A stretch of 64,000 nucleotides of DNA from the human T2T-CHM13v2.0 reference genome, Homo sapiens (GCF_009914755.1 NC_060934.1); one strand, 5' to 3'; numbered from the stretch's first letter, positions 1-13,954 are shown. Translations and numbers: made by a program. The notes: generated by a model not told the origin, from the sequence alone.

Positions 1-91
1 GCTTGGAGCACAAAATTTGTACAAAGGCAAAACAATCATGATATTCTTTTCTGTCATCTGCTTTAAATGCATTTTTATAAAAAAATATTAA

Positions 92-378
<287 letters not shown>

Positions 379-531
379 AAGTAGTTAATATGTTTTTAAT
401 TTGTTTTACGTAGGAGATCATATTTCAAAGCTTAGGAAAAAAGCTGAACAATACAGAAATGACAACTTCTGGAGAAAGTTACCACTGGCACAGTTAGAAA
501 TAAAATGCACCATTAGAAAAATAAGATTTCA

Positions 532-838
532 GGCCGGGCGTGGTGGTTCACACCTGTAATTCTAACACTTTGGGAGGCTGAGGCAGGCGGGTTGCCTGAG
601 CTCAGGAGTTCAAGACCAGCCTGGGCAACATGGGGAAACCCCGTCTCTACTAAAATACAAAAAATTAGCCAGGCGTGGTGGCGGATGCCTATATTCCGAG
701 CTACTTAGGAGGCTGAGGCAGGAGAATTGCTTGAACCAGAGAGGTGGAACTTGCAGTGAACCAAGATTACACCACTGCACTCCAGCCTGGGCAAAAGAGC
801 GAGACTCTGTCTCCAGAAAAAAAAATAAATAAATAAAT
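532..838 (+). mobile_element. Alu (AluS-like)
   Basis: GGCCGGGCG start, central A linker, A/TAAA tail. Confidence 0.92.
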
Positions 839-1123
839 ATGACTTCAAACAACTCAGAGAGAAGGCTGACCAATAGAAGAATTAAAGAGCTTTTGAAATA
901 CAGTTTAAGAATGGTTTTGCTGCAGTTCTAAAAATGAAATTCTGACTTTATTCTCACAAATAATCCCAAAGGGAGAAAAGGGAAAAGGCATCTACAGGAA
1001 GCTTTGGCTAGCTAGGGAACTGTTTTTATATGATCAGACTTTAAAAGTTCATATCCAGAACAAAGAAGAACAAGGTGGTAGAAAATAGAATGCCTAAGGT
1101 GCAAAATAAACTGAGGCTGGCAA

Positions 1124-1178
<55 letters not shown>
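1124..1178. repeat. (TA)n(TG)n compound microsatellite
   Basis: Read directly. Confidence 0.95.
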
Positions 1179-1179
<1 letters not shown>

Positions 1180-1616
1180 TTGTTAGCTTACTTATTGTAT
1201 AATTATAATGCTTAATGAACTAATACATTCTTATACAATTATATTTAATTTGTTCACATAATTTATGCGTATGTGTGTGTATATATATATTTTAGCCATG
1301 TTTGAATGAGATAGATTGAGAGTTCACTGTTTGAGACAGAAGTAAATTTTTTTTCATCTCAGATTTGAAAGGCTCTAATCTGAGGACACCAGTAATTCTT
1401 AAGAATTCTCTCCCTTATATTGGGCAAAATCAAAATTCATCATTCATCACCCCTCCCCGCCGCCTCCTGCTTCTAGCCCAGGAATTGATCAATTTAAATA
1501 CCAGAAGAGATTTCATCTACATCAGAGGTCACGAAACCAATGGCTCCTGGCATCTGGCAGGTAATACGGAAGTACCCCATACATTTATAGAAATAAAATT
1601 CAGAAGAATATGGATG

Positions 1617-1737
1617 ACCTGGTGTGGTGGCTCATGCCTGTAACCCTAGCATTGTAGAAGGCTGAGGCAGGAGGATCACTTGAGGCCAGGAATTTGAGAC
1701 CACCCTGGGCAACATAGTGAGACCTCATCTGTAAAAA
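1617..1737 (+). mobile_element. Alu left monomer (FLAM-like)
   Basis: Single Alu left-arm sequence. Confidence 0.8.
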
Positions 1738-2085
1738 GTATATATATGTGTATATATATCTCCACATATGGGTGGAAAGGCCAGGCATAAAGCAGCAATG
1801 GATGTTGGCAGTGTAGTGACCTGGATAACGGATGCCCTGTTAAAAGAAATTTACCCACAAAAATTAAAATTTTGTTTAATTTGAAAAATTTAAAACTTAG
1901 AAAGATACTGTGTTGGCCAAGCTGAATATCCTCAGACTTCACCTGTGTGTCTCTGGTTTTCATTCCCTGGTTTAGAGGGCTTCTGAGGTTCAGAGAGGTT
2001 AGGTGACTTGCCCCCAAACCTAGAACCAATTGATAATACTATGTACAACGAAGATATCAAATCCTAGAAGCAAGTAACTGGCTTA

Positions 2086-2421
<336 letters not shown>

Positions 2422-5400
2422 TTAAACTAGTACTCCCCATCCCACATTCTGCTTATTAATCTTGGAAGATTCTTTTAACATTATCTAATTGCTCTTCAGT
2501 TCAATGAAGTAGTAAACCAGCACTAGATAAAACTGACTAGTATTTAAGAAATTTCCGGTATTTGCCCTGAAATTAATAACTTCTTTCTAATTTCCCTAGG
2601 GCCTAAGAGAGAGGATTCAAACAGATAGGCATAAAACCCAAATAGAAAACTCCAAGAGTGGAAAAAAAAGGAAGTGGAAGAGGTTTATATTAAGGGCTTT
2701 TGTTCACAGCTCTGTTGGGAGCCAGCAGTTTCAGGGACAAACATTCCTTTCAGCCAGGACACACATTGTTTAGAATTACACTATTAAACTGAATACTGTT
2801 ATCCCGACTTTCTTACAGTGACAATATCTGCATCATCACAATGATGACTGAAGAACATGATTCTGGTAGCTCTGGTTTCCCCAAGTGCATTCTGAGTTAA
2901 AAAAGAAATAGAATAAGAACAGTATTGTGAAATATAATTTTTTTTCTAAAAATTGATACAGGACACATTGATCCTATTACCAGAATATCTGGACAATCCA
3001 AATACTATTTTCCCTGCCTGTATATCCTGCCCAGATGACATTTTACTGTAATTCACAACCTTCTTAAGAGTTAATGTGAGAGATGTAGGAATAAGTGAGA
3101 CTCTTTCAGCCTTTTTATCTAAATTAGTTATCAGAAGAGTCTAGCAGTAAAATTTAAAACCAATTCAAGTGAGACAAATTTCACATTGGCTAAATAGAAA
3201 TTAGTCTGTAAAAGAAGATCTTTTAAAAAGTAACAAAATCTGTAACGTTAAATAAGAGCCAAGTTAGAAAGCACGTTCTGACTTCATAATGAACATTTAA
3301 TGCTTTTTTGGCAGATAATCTATACTTGTTTCTTTTCTCTTTTGTATAGCACTTATTGATAAAATCTTTCTTCCAGAATATTAGAAGAATGGTTATACGG
3401 TTAAATATAGAATAAAATTGGCTTTTTACTCCCATCATTATTAAAAAGGCTTAAAGTACAAAGATTAGACTTGGAGATTTTACATTCTGTACTGTATTAA
3501 ATCTTTGAACTATCTATTAAATTCAATCACAGGAGATCACTGGATGGCAACAGGGCAGTACTTCCTGCTGATAAAGAGTATAGAAATATTATAGAGATGT
3601 CTAGTTATCAACATGATAGGAAAGGGGGCATTATCGGCCTTTAGTGTTGAGGACCGACAATGTAAAATATCCTGTGCAGGATAGTACCTCAGAAGGAAGA
3701 ATTCTGCTGTAACCTCCAGGCATCTAGTAAGTGAAAAACTTCAGATAAGCACTACCTGAGCCTAGAATTTTTCTGCACTTTGCAAAAATTGCAGAGTATT
3801 TTGTCACAGTTTTATTACACCCTGAATTTTCCAGAATTGTAGCTACCATAAACGAAAAGAAGGTTGTACATATTTTGTTTTACATGGAATTTTACCAAGA
3901 GCTCAGCATTTTGGAAAATGACACCATTGATGGCAATGTTATTTGAGAAATTTAAGTTGCAATGGCACATCTGTATCAGTCTGCATTTGGGGCTGCTGTG
4001 TTCACAGTCATTCTGTGTAAGGCTGGACATCTGACTACTTCCCTATATATTCTAGTGTAGTGGTACTTGAGCGTTTACATGCCAATCTTTTCTTACAATT
4101 ATTTTCTTTCATTTTACAGTTAGCACACTATCAATATTTAAAACTATATTAAATATGTAAGATTATAATCTATGATATTGATTTCAGGATAGCAAAGCAG
4201 CCTTACAACATATATGCTATAAAAACCAAGTACTGGATCAGATAGGGTGGAGAACAACTGATCCAGACATATATACCAAAGTGGTCATGAAATAAAGTGC
4301 AGAAATTAGTGCACAAATTTGTTCTGGGTGTTTGTTTTAGTATTCTAGCATTTTGTTTCTATTGCTAACCGATGAGAAATGCTTTAGATTTAAACACATA
4401 AACATGTTCTGATGTGTATGTGTGAGACTCTTGAATTTCCCATTGTTGTGTAAAATAAGTGCAAATCAGTGTAAAATAGTGTGAAATAAGTGCAAATAGC
4501 TTTATCTTATACAGAAAGGCTTAGGTGAAAGTTCTGTCTGTCTTTAATCTTAAGTATAACATTTGTTTTGGTAATCTTATAAAGATTGCTTCTTGCACAT
4601 TTTTAAAGAAAAAATGCGAAATTAAATAGATTATGTAACGCTATGGTAGTCAACATACCATATAGTAACTTCTTGAAGGACCCTTAACACAGAATTAAGA
4701 AATGCAAAATCGTTATTTTCGTCAAGATAAATTTTGACAGAAATGTAACATTTGAATCTATTCAAATTGTATTTCCAAGTCTAGTGAACCGTAGCAATGC
4801 ACAAGTTTTATTCAAGAAGGTTGGTGAGTTTAAGAAAACCTCAGGGTGGCCTATGACAATCCAGAAGGCAAGATCAATGTTATTAGAAAATAAATAAATA
4901 AATAAATGGTGTTCAAAAATGGTCGGCATAACTCAAAACTAAGATTTTAAAATCAAGACCAGTTGCTCCCCGGTTTCTGCCCATTGCCAAGCTCTTTTGG
5001 CTTAAGAACCATAGTTAAAATGAATCCATGTAAATACACAGCACACACCTTTGAAGTAAAGAAAGTAAGTTTAAAGATTAAAAGGAAAAAAGTTTTGGTT
5101 ACGTGTTTACATAAACTGGGATGTTTACATAAACTGGGAATCACTTAGCACTCATTTTTCTCTTTATCCAATAGATACCACAGATTGTTTTTCTTTCTAA
5201 AGGTCAATTTCAAGCTTCCAGCATCATTAGTGAAATGAAACCCATTCGGTAATCACATCGTTAACACTTAAACAGAAGCACAACCGAATTCTTTAGGGGG
5301 CTACGGAAAGGCAGCCATCAGCTCTGAGATCTATGAAATGTGGTTGGTAACATCCACGGGGAGTCCGCGCATACACTGCTTTCTGAGAATGCAGAAGTTA

Positions 5401-6006
5401 CTCAGTAAGACCGACAGAAAATCGAACTTTTAGACATGACATGAACAGGGCCCTAAGTAAAACCAAAGCTAAGCCTAGTGTGGGATGACGGCCCCCACCA
5501 GACTCGTTACAAGAAGGGGGCGTCAGAGCTGAGACCCTAAGTTTCCAGGAATGGATTCGGTAAGGGGACGAGGAGGGAAGGGACGGCGAAAACCACGCTG
5601 GGAGCGGGAGGCAGAGCTGCAAAGGGCGGAGGAGAAAGACGGGCTGGGGGAAGGAGAGGCAGGGAAGCGGCGGGAGAAGTGGAGAGCGGATCCGGGAGGT
5701 GATGGGGCCGAGGTAGTGCAGAGAGGGGCGCAGGGACTGAGGAGCAGACGGTCCCCAACCTAGGGCCGAGGCAGGGTCTCGCGGGGAGGAAGGAGTGAGA
5801 TGGGGCTGGGAGAGAGAAGGGAAGGGGGCGGGTCTTGGTCCCCGGGAGGGAAAGGGGAGCAGGCGAGAGCGGCAGCGGCGGGGCCAGAGAGCCGCCTCTG
5901 TTTCCCGATCCACGCGGGCGGCTGCAGAACCCCTGCGGGGGTGAGCGTGGAGACCCCCAGCCGCACTCACCTGCAGCACCCTGCCCCCCGCAGTCGGCGC
6001 CCGCCT

Positions 6007-6019
6007 GTTGCTAGGACGC
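6007..6019 (+). promoter_or_regulatory. X-box-like (RFX) motif GTTGCTAGGACGC
   Basis: Resembles GTTGCYANGRNAC; lies in the promoter of a motile-cilia gene. Confidence 0.55.
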
Positions 6020-6156
6020 GGGTCAACACTGCGCGCCCTGCGGCCGCGCACGCCGGCGCCCTTGTGGGAGGCCTACAGGGCCCGTGCCCTCCCCCGGGCG
6101 CCGCCGCCGCCGCCTTCCGCTCCCAGCCTCACCCGGCCGCGACCGCAGCCCAGTCC

Positions 6157-6170
6157 GTTACCCTGGTCTC
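6157..6170 (+). promoter_or_regulatory. Second X-box-like motif GTTACCCTGGTCTC
   Basis: The GTTRCC half-site is intact and the second half is degenerate. Confidence 0.45.
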
Positions 6171-6216
6171 GGGACCTCCGCGCATCCAAGATTCCCGCGG
6201 ACCCGTTGCACCGTAT
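6162..6216 (-). other. ODAD2: Candidate ODAD2 non-coding exon 1; 5' end approximate
   Basis: Donor AGG|GTAACG at 6161-6160. Alternative donors: CGG|GTGAGG (6132), CAG|GTGAGT (5970), GGA|GTGAGT (6374). The TSS cannot be determined from sequence alone. Confidence 0.45.
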
Positions 6217-7095
6217 GCCCGCGCCAGAGACGCTCTGCGCCCGCGCTGGGTTCCACCCGCCCCGGCCACCTGCTGCTTTCCGCTCGGCCCCTCCCGGGAA
6301 ACACTTTTATTCAACTTTGCATCTCCCTTTCTCAAACACTTTTATGCAACTCCCGAGTGTGCACCCTAACTCACTCCACGCGGTGGGAAAGGTTGACTTT
6401 GACAGAGGTCGTGAGCAGTTGCGGGGTCGGCGGCAAGTTAGCAGAAAACTTAAAATGGAGCAGAAAGGAAGCAGAAAATATTCCTTAGAAACCCCTTTTT
6501 ACATTTTTCCATAGGCTTCCAGACAAGTGCGTTGTATGTACCTGAAATCTTCACTGAGTACCCCCAAATAGCATAGGGCTTCTCCTAGGATATTTGAGGC
6601 TTACATGTTTCTCTCCAAAAAAACAAATATGGTAGAATACTCTGATACTCACCGGGAAAGCAGAAAGCGCTCTTCAATAGGGCAGAGGATCGGAGTGAAA
6701 TGAAAACATGTCCCCCATCTCTTTTTTTAAATGGCCTTTACCTTTGTCCATTAAGATGGTTTTGACCCCACCTCTAGACACCCTACCAGCAAGAGCCCCA
6801 ACTGGAACACCAGTGAGGGATAAAGGAGTGGGAATATTGAGGTGGGGGGGGATGGGGAAGAATGCACTATCTTGGGGTGGGGGGACACGGTGTTTAAGGA
6901 CCAATGCCGGAGCACTTAGGATGATGGGGTGTTTAGGAATTAAAACTGGATTCTTTTCCGGATGCCAAAGAGGCAAATGTGGAATGATGTTAGGATATCA
7001 CCTGTCATAATATTATACGGATTCAGCTCAAAGCAGAACCTTTCTGCAAACACGTAGGGATATGAGGTATAGATATTTGTCCTTTGTTTTGGGTT

Positions 7096-7419
7096 TTTTG
7101 GAGGGTGGGGGACGAAGTCTGGCTCTATCACCCAGGCTGGAGTGCAGTGGCACGATCTCGGCTCACCGCAACCTCTGCCTCCCATCTCGGCTCACCGCAA
7201 CCTCTGCCTCCCGGGTTCAAGAGATCCTCCCCCCTCAGCTTCCTGAGTAGCTGGGATTACAAGAATGCGCCGCCATGCCCGGCTAATTTTTGTACTTTTA
7301 GTAGAGACGAAGTTTCACCATGTTGGCCAGGTGGGTCTTGAACTCCTGACCTCAAGTGATCCACCCACCTCGGCCTCCCAAAGTGCTAGGATTACAGGCA
7401 TGAGCCACCATGCCTGGCC
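7096..7419 (-). mobile_element. Alu (AluS-like) with an internal 29-bp tandem duplication
   Basis: Alu consensus; TSD TGTTTTGGGTT at 7085-7095 and 7420-7430. Confidence 0.92.
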
Positions 7420-8073
7420 TGTTTTGGGTTCTTTTCTTCTCTTTTTGAAAGTGCGAAAGTTGTTAGGAATGGAATAGTTTCACCTAAAGGAGATACTACC
7501 TGCAGAGAAGCTTAGACTTGCAACCAGTGAGAAAGGGGCTTATGCTAATAGGTATACAGAGAAGCCCTTTTAAAAATGGGTGGATTACAGTCTGAGACAA
7601 CAGCATCACACCTGTGGCGGTAATGCAGGTCACAACCTGGTGAGGAGCAGAGGGCATCCTTCGGAAGGATCCTGGAGTAGTCCCAGTCCTGGAAGCAAGG
7701 AAGCTTCTGTGGGTACTTTAGTTCCTCTGCACATTTTAATCAGCTGTATGACATAAGGGAGCATTACTGGGTCCAATGTGGATGCCAGCCAGAGATCTTC
7801 CAAGTTCAGGACATTTCACCTTGGTTTGCAAAGCTGGAAAAAGCCAGAACCCACCAAGATCTGAGCAACTATGTCGTTGTTTGCCAAATTCATGCCAAGT
7901 TGCTTAATCTGATGCCAAAATGTGAATTTATTTTACCGGATATTTTCCAAGCAAAAATAACTTAATAATATTTAAATCTGAAGAAGTCCCAGTCGCCTCT
8001 TTCCAATTTTTCCTTGTCGTGATGAAACACTACCTGGGCCCAGTCACTCCCTGAAGGATTTATCATGACTTGT

Positions 8074-8259
8074 TTTTTTTTTTTCTTTTTTTTTTTTTTG
8101 AGACGAGGTCTCATTCTGTCACCCAGGCTGGAGTGCAGAGTGCAGTGACATAATCATAAGCATAGCTCACTGCAGCCTCTGATTCCTGGGCTCAAGTGAT
8201 CCTCCAGCCATGGCCTCCGAAAGCACTGGGATTACAGCCATGAACCACTGTGCCTGGCC
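8074..8259 (-). mobile_element. Alu monomer (FRAM-like)
   Basis: Single-arm Alu with poly-T; TSD-like AT(G/A)ACTTGT on both flanks. Confidence 0.8.
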
Positions 8260-8713
8260 ATAACTTGTCTTTGCCTTGTTGCCCATCTGCTACCCCTACA
8301 AGGTAAGCTTTATGAAAATAGGGAGCTTTTCTGCCTCCTTCAAGTCTGTACTCCTAAGATCTAGAAGGATGACTGGCACGTAGAAGGAGCTAAATTCATG
8401 AATCGCCTAGTCAAAGATGCCTTGCTTCCTGACACTCTTCACCAAGCACCAGAAAGGCAAGGCCCACATTTTCTTAGGGTTAATAGAACCAGCCTGAGGA
8501 TTCTAAGTAGCCGTGATCTTGGAAAGAGCCTTCATCACTGAGGGCACACCCGGGGTTTGCTGTACCAGAGGCCTTTACCAGCCCTGCCCATGGCTAGAGT
8601 GCAAGCACATGGTGCAGCGCTGTCCACTGAAACTTTAGAGAAAATCTGCCACAGGCTCCTGGGAAAAACTTGATAGTTTTTGGTCCACCTCCGCAACATT
8701 ACGTCATCTACAG

Positions 8714-9115
8714 CAGGGACCCCACCCACACGCCACACCTTCTGTCAGATCAGCAGTGGCATTAGGTTCTCATAGAAGCATGAACCCTATTGTGAACTGT
8801 GCATTCGAAGGATCTAGGTTACAAGCTCCTAATGGGAATCTAATGCCTGATGATCTGTCCCTGTCACTCATCCCCCCCAGATGAGACCGTCTAGTTGCAG
8901 GAAAACAAGCTCAGGGCTCCCACGGATTCCACGTTATGGTGAGCTGTATAACTATTTCATTATATATTACAATGTAATAATAGTAGAGATACAGTGCACG
9001 AGAAATGTAATGAGCTTGAATCATCCTGAAACCATCCCCTCCCCCACACCCTATCCATGGAAAAATTGTTGGCCATGACACTGGTCCCTGGTGCCAAAAA
9101 TGTTGGGGACTGCCG
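8714..9115. mobile_element. MER1A-like hAT-Charlie DNA transposon
   Basis: Recognisable MER1 internal sequence; 8-bp TSD ATCTACAG at 8706-8713 and 9116-9123, the size typical of hAT elements. Confidence 0.85.
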
Positions 9116-9205
9116 ATCTACAGGGATTCTTATGAAACCATCCACCCTGGCTTGGGCAAATCTGTTCCTCTCATGTATCAGAGAGTTCAGACACAGATTG
9201 CACAC

Positions 9206-9900
<695 letters not shown>

Positions 9901-10804
9901 CACACATAGCATTATGTAAAGATGTGATCAGCAGGCTTCCAGCGCCCATTCATCTGTGTCAGAGTGAAGCCGACTAAGAATTTATAGGCCATAACCAGGG
10001 AGAAAGTAAGAGGCAAGGTTGGTTTAAGCATCCAGTACCTCAATCAGGAAAGGACTAAGACAGATGAAATAAACCTCCTGAGGTTTGCAGGGAATTACAG
10101 TCATTTATATTTTGTCGTAATGGGGGTAAGTCTCATTATAGGGCGGAATTGCCTCTCTGTGGAATTTTTTAGGAGTTTTCAACAGAAATTCCCATGAGAG
10201 AAAATTGCATGAAGTCTTACGAAGTCCTAAAAACCAAATTCACCAGATTCTACCCTCTCTCATAGATAAAGACAAAAAGTCAGAGAAGTGCAGCCTCAGC
10301 TGCCTCCCTTTGCCCTCTGATATTTCTCAGTGATGCATTGTGGACCAAGGCCCACGGCCTGGAAATGAAATGGCTCCTTCTCCTTAGATTCTAATCTCCT
10401 AGACATTCATTTACTCAATAAATGCTTTTTGGATGCCATTTTGTGCCAGGCACTCCATTGGCAGAACTCGATTATCCAATTCAAGTCCTAGCCAAAAAAG
10501 GAGCCTACTAAACTCAACTCAGAATTCCTGGACTAGAAGGAGAGCCACTGGCATGAAGCACAGTAGCAAAGGAGAGAAAGGAGAAGAGACTGAATCGGTG
10601 GGAAGGACTGCATGAGGTGGAACATTTAAGCCATGATAACAATTGAAATATTCTTCCAAGAATAAATGAAAGTTACTGGAAGATTTTTAGCAGGGAGTGA
10701 CATGCTCCGATTTCTCTTGTTAAGAAGCTGTTCTGATTACACAGTGGAAGTAAACTAGAGAAATGCATGAGTAGAAAGAAAGAGACTATTAATAAGACAC
10801 CTGG

Positions 10805-11230
10805 CCTCAGGTTCCCCTGAGAAATAGACTCTGAGATAGAGAAGGGCATGTAAGAAATGTATTGAGAAGTGCCCTCAGGAGAGTGAAGGCAAGGAGATTA
10901 GACCGAGAGAGAAGCTGAACTGCCATGCAGCCACAACCATCCCACAGAGAGCCCTGAAGCTGGGATGGCCCAGCAGTTTTCCCATATTGAGGCAAAGGGG
11001 CTGGACCTTTAGATCTTCTCATCAACTGATCATTATCAGCCAGTCCCTGGGTGCAGGCTGTCCCCAGGAATAGGGCATAACCTTACTCTTTCATTTGAGG
11101 GCTATCATCTGCCCATAATCCCCAGCAGCTGAGGGCAGGAGTGCTTTGGTCTTGGAGAGGTGGGATGGGTTCAGATATCTTGACAGTCCACTGCATCCCC
11201 TACTGTCCACCCCTTGCACAGCTGAGATCA
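10805..11230 (-). mobile_element. ERVL-class LTR (LTR33/LTR16-like)
   Basis: ggttcccc...agactctgagat...gctgggatggccc motif pattern; adjoins an ERVL internal 3' end. Confidence 0.6.
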
Positions 11231-11239
11231 CTAGCATCA

Positions 11240-12860
11240 TGCAATACAGCTCTGAGAGCGGTATCTGGGAGCAGCTCTTCCGGAATCCTGGTGGTCAGCT
11301 TTCCCTGGGGAAATTTACAAGTGAAAGATGAGACAAAATTGCAAGCCCTGGCTCTGCAGTTGGTCTCCAAGCCAAAACGTATCCATTTCTGCCCTCCTTT
11401 TCTGCCCATTCCAGATTCCCTGCATGTTTCACTAGCACTTTTGCTGATCTAGATGGTTTCCTTGGTGGGGGTGATCCTGACCCTCACTGCTGAGTTTCTG
11501 GCATCATGCCCTTCTCAGGTGGTGACTACTCTATACCTTTACCATCAAAACTGGGAAAAGACATCCTTACCCCACTTTGCAACAGCAACCTCCCTCTTCC
11601 TGATGATCCAGGGCAGTTTCTTCTATTGGGATCATGACTCCTTCACTTGCCTTTTTGTCTCTTGCGTAAAGAGTCCAAAGTTATGAAATAGCCACCATAA
11701 CTTAAAGTTTTATGTCCCTTGGTGGAACATTCTCCTCTAGGAGCCATGACCTCTAAATGTGCAGAATAGGCTTCAGGTTCACTGGATACTGAGTGCATGG
11801 GGCCCTGCAGAGTGTAGACTTAAATCCAAGGTCATGGTAAAACATCTGAAGTTCATTGCCAGGACTATGATGGTACAGGAAGGGCCGTGGAGGGTACAGG
11901 ACCCTCAAAGGAATCCTCACTGTAGATGGACTCATTGAGGACATTAAGCATCGGGGATACCATCAGGGGTACGATGAGAAGCCATGCCGCTGTTGACAGC
12001 AGGAAAGCTATGAAACCTGCCGGCAGTCCTACAGCAAGAAATGACTCGCAAGATCAGATTCCTGATGCAAAAGAATTGGACAGACCTGCGTCAGGACTGC
12101 TGAAGCCTTTGGATAGGACTCCCAGCATGAAAACCTTGTCCAGTTTATGTCTCCACCTGTTTTCTTTCTACAACTCTATTTTCTAGTACCTTTCTCTACA
12201 ATAAACTCAATCACTTATATGCAAGAAGGCCTGCACATAGAGAATGATCCCATTAGCCAGCAGTGCTCCTTTTCTTTTATTAAGTGAAAGAAGAAACTGA
12301 GTCCAAAAGTAGTCTAGGAGTACAATGGTGTTTGCCAGGGACTAGGAGAGGGGGCAGTCGGGAGTTATTGTTTAATAAGTACAGAGTTTCAGTTTGGGAA
12401 GATGAAAAAGTTCTGGAAATGGATGGTGGTGATGGTTGTGCAAAAATGTGAATGTACTTAATCCCACTGAACTGTAGACTTGAATGGTTAAGATGGTAAA
12501 TTTTACATTTTTACTACAATAAAAATTTTTTAAATCTTAAGAAAATATAAATGTGCAGAGCCCAGATCTGTGGTGACAGGAAGCACAAATTTTCCCACAT
12601 GATGGGTAAACTTGGCCACTTATTCCATCTCTTGGTTCTGGAACCCATGCAATTTACCCTTAGGAGTCATAGCCCCATAGAATGGCTGTTGATTTGGGGC
12701 ATATACTGCAGCCTGTAGGATGGCACCCCACCCTCATGGGGCCCCACTATCAAGCTCGCATTTCAGCCACACCTCCTAAAAGGCTCCATGGCTCTATTAG
12801 GGCAGTAGCCAACAGTAGAAACTGGGAAGATCTACTACTTTGGAGTAGACCTAAGTGCCC
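11240..12860 (-). mobile_element. Degenerate ERVL internal sequence, with an L1M 3' end inserted at ~12320-12540 (+)
   Basis: Reverse complement resembles the ERVL/MaLR internal 3' region; L1MB-type 3' UTR motif gagtttcagtttgggaagatgaaaaagttctgg. Confidence 0.55.
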
Positions 12861-13199
12861 CTTCACTGAAAGTGTTGAGACCGGATGACCAAATATAAGA
12901 AGAGATGTAGAAGGCAACAGGGATGGAGGCTATGCATGGGTCCTTCTTGCTGACACCAGTCTGACCAATGCCACTGATAGTTTCCAGTCCACCAACAGCA
13001 GAAACTGACCTTTAATATGGCACCATTCCTGGAGAGACCAACTGGGGCCTGGTAGCAGGTCAATTACATCATATCCCTTCTACCTTGGAGGTGGCAAAAA
13101 GCTTCCTCCCTACTAGGGCTGACACGTCTTCCAAATGTGAGTTTGCCTTCTCTGCACACAGTGCCTCCGCCAGCACCACCATCAAAATGTCTGCATCAT

Positions 13200-13430
13200 G
13201 GGAGGATCGCTTGAAGTCAGGAGTTTGAGACAATCCTGGACACATAGTGTGACCCCTTCTCTACAAAACATTGTTTAAATAGCTGGGCATGGTGGCACAT
13301 GTCTGTAGTCCTAGCTATGCAGAAGATTACTTGAGCCCAGGAGTTCAAGGCTACAGTGAGATGTGATTGCACCACCACACTCTAGCCTGGGCAACAGAGC
13401 AAGACCCTGTCTTGGGAAAAAAAAAAAAAA
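13200..13430 (+). mobile_element. 5'-truncated AluJ-like
   Basis: Alu consensus with poly-A tail. Confidence 0.85.
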
Positions 13431-13522
13431 GCCTGATTCACCCACATGATTACCTCAGATTCACCACAACAATGTATACCTCAGAAAAAGAGACTCATTT
13501 GAGACATCAAAGATGCAACAAT

Positions 13523-13954
13523 GAAAGACATGGAATCAACCCAGATGCCCATCTGAGTTGGATAAAGATGGTTGGATTGGATAAAGAAAATGTGGTACAT
13601 ATACAACATGGGATACTACACAGCCAAAAAGAAGAATGAAATCATGTTCTTTGCAATTGCAGACCATTATTCTAAGTGAATTATTGCATAAACAGAAAAC
13701 CATATAGCACATGTTCTCACTTATAAATGAGAGCTAAGTATTGGGCACCACAGACACAAACATGAGAACAATAAACACTGGCAATTCAAAAATGGGGAGG
13801 GAGGGGGAAAGGGTTAAAAAACTACCTATCAGGTACTGTGTTTACTACTTGGGCAATGGGATTATTAGAAGCCCAAATCTTAGCATCATGCAATGTATCC
13901 ATGTACCAAACTCTTACATGTACCCTCTGAATCTAAAATAAAACAAACAAAAAG
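13523..13954 (+). mobile_element. L1PB-like 3' end
   Basis: L1 3' UTR consensus; TSD AAAGAT(G/A)CAACAAT at 13509-13522 and 13955-13968. Confidence 0.85.

Larger units (their letters stand above)
5480..6435. promoter_or_regulatory. ODAD2: CpG island, ODAD2 promoter and non-coding first exon(s)
   Basis: Very high GC and CpG density against an AT-rich background, GC boxes, and several minus-strand donor sites; lies 3-4 kb upstream of the first coding exon. Confidence 0.9.

Noticed and set aside
610-873. Alu-derived ORFs (also 7062-7477, 26096-26437, 50186-50476, 57206-57409, 61886-62168, 63042-63751)
   Set aside because: Translations are standard Alu frames (e.g. [17 protein letters not shown]) and not genes.
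5398-6514. Long overlapping ORFs (217, 189, 168, 134 aa)
   Set aside because: Typical stop-poor CpG-island frames with low-complexity P/R/G/A content and no recognisable domain.
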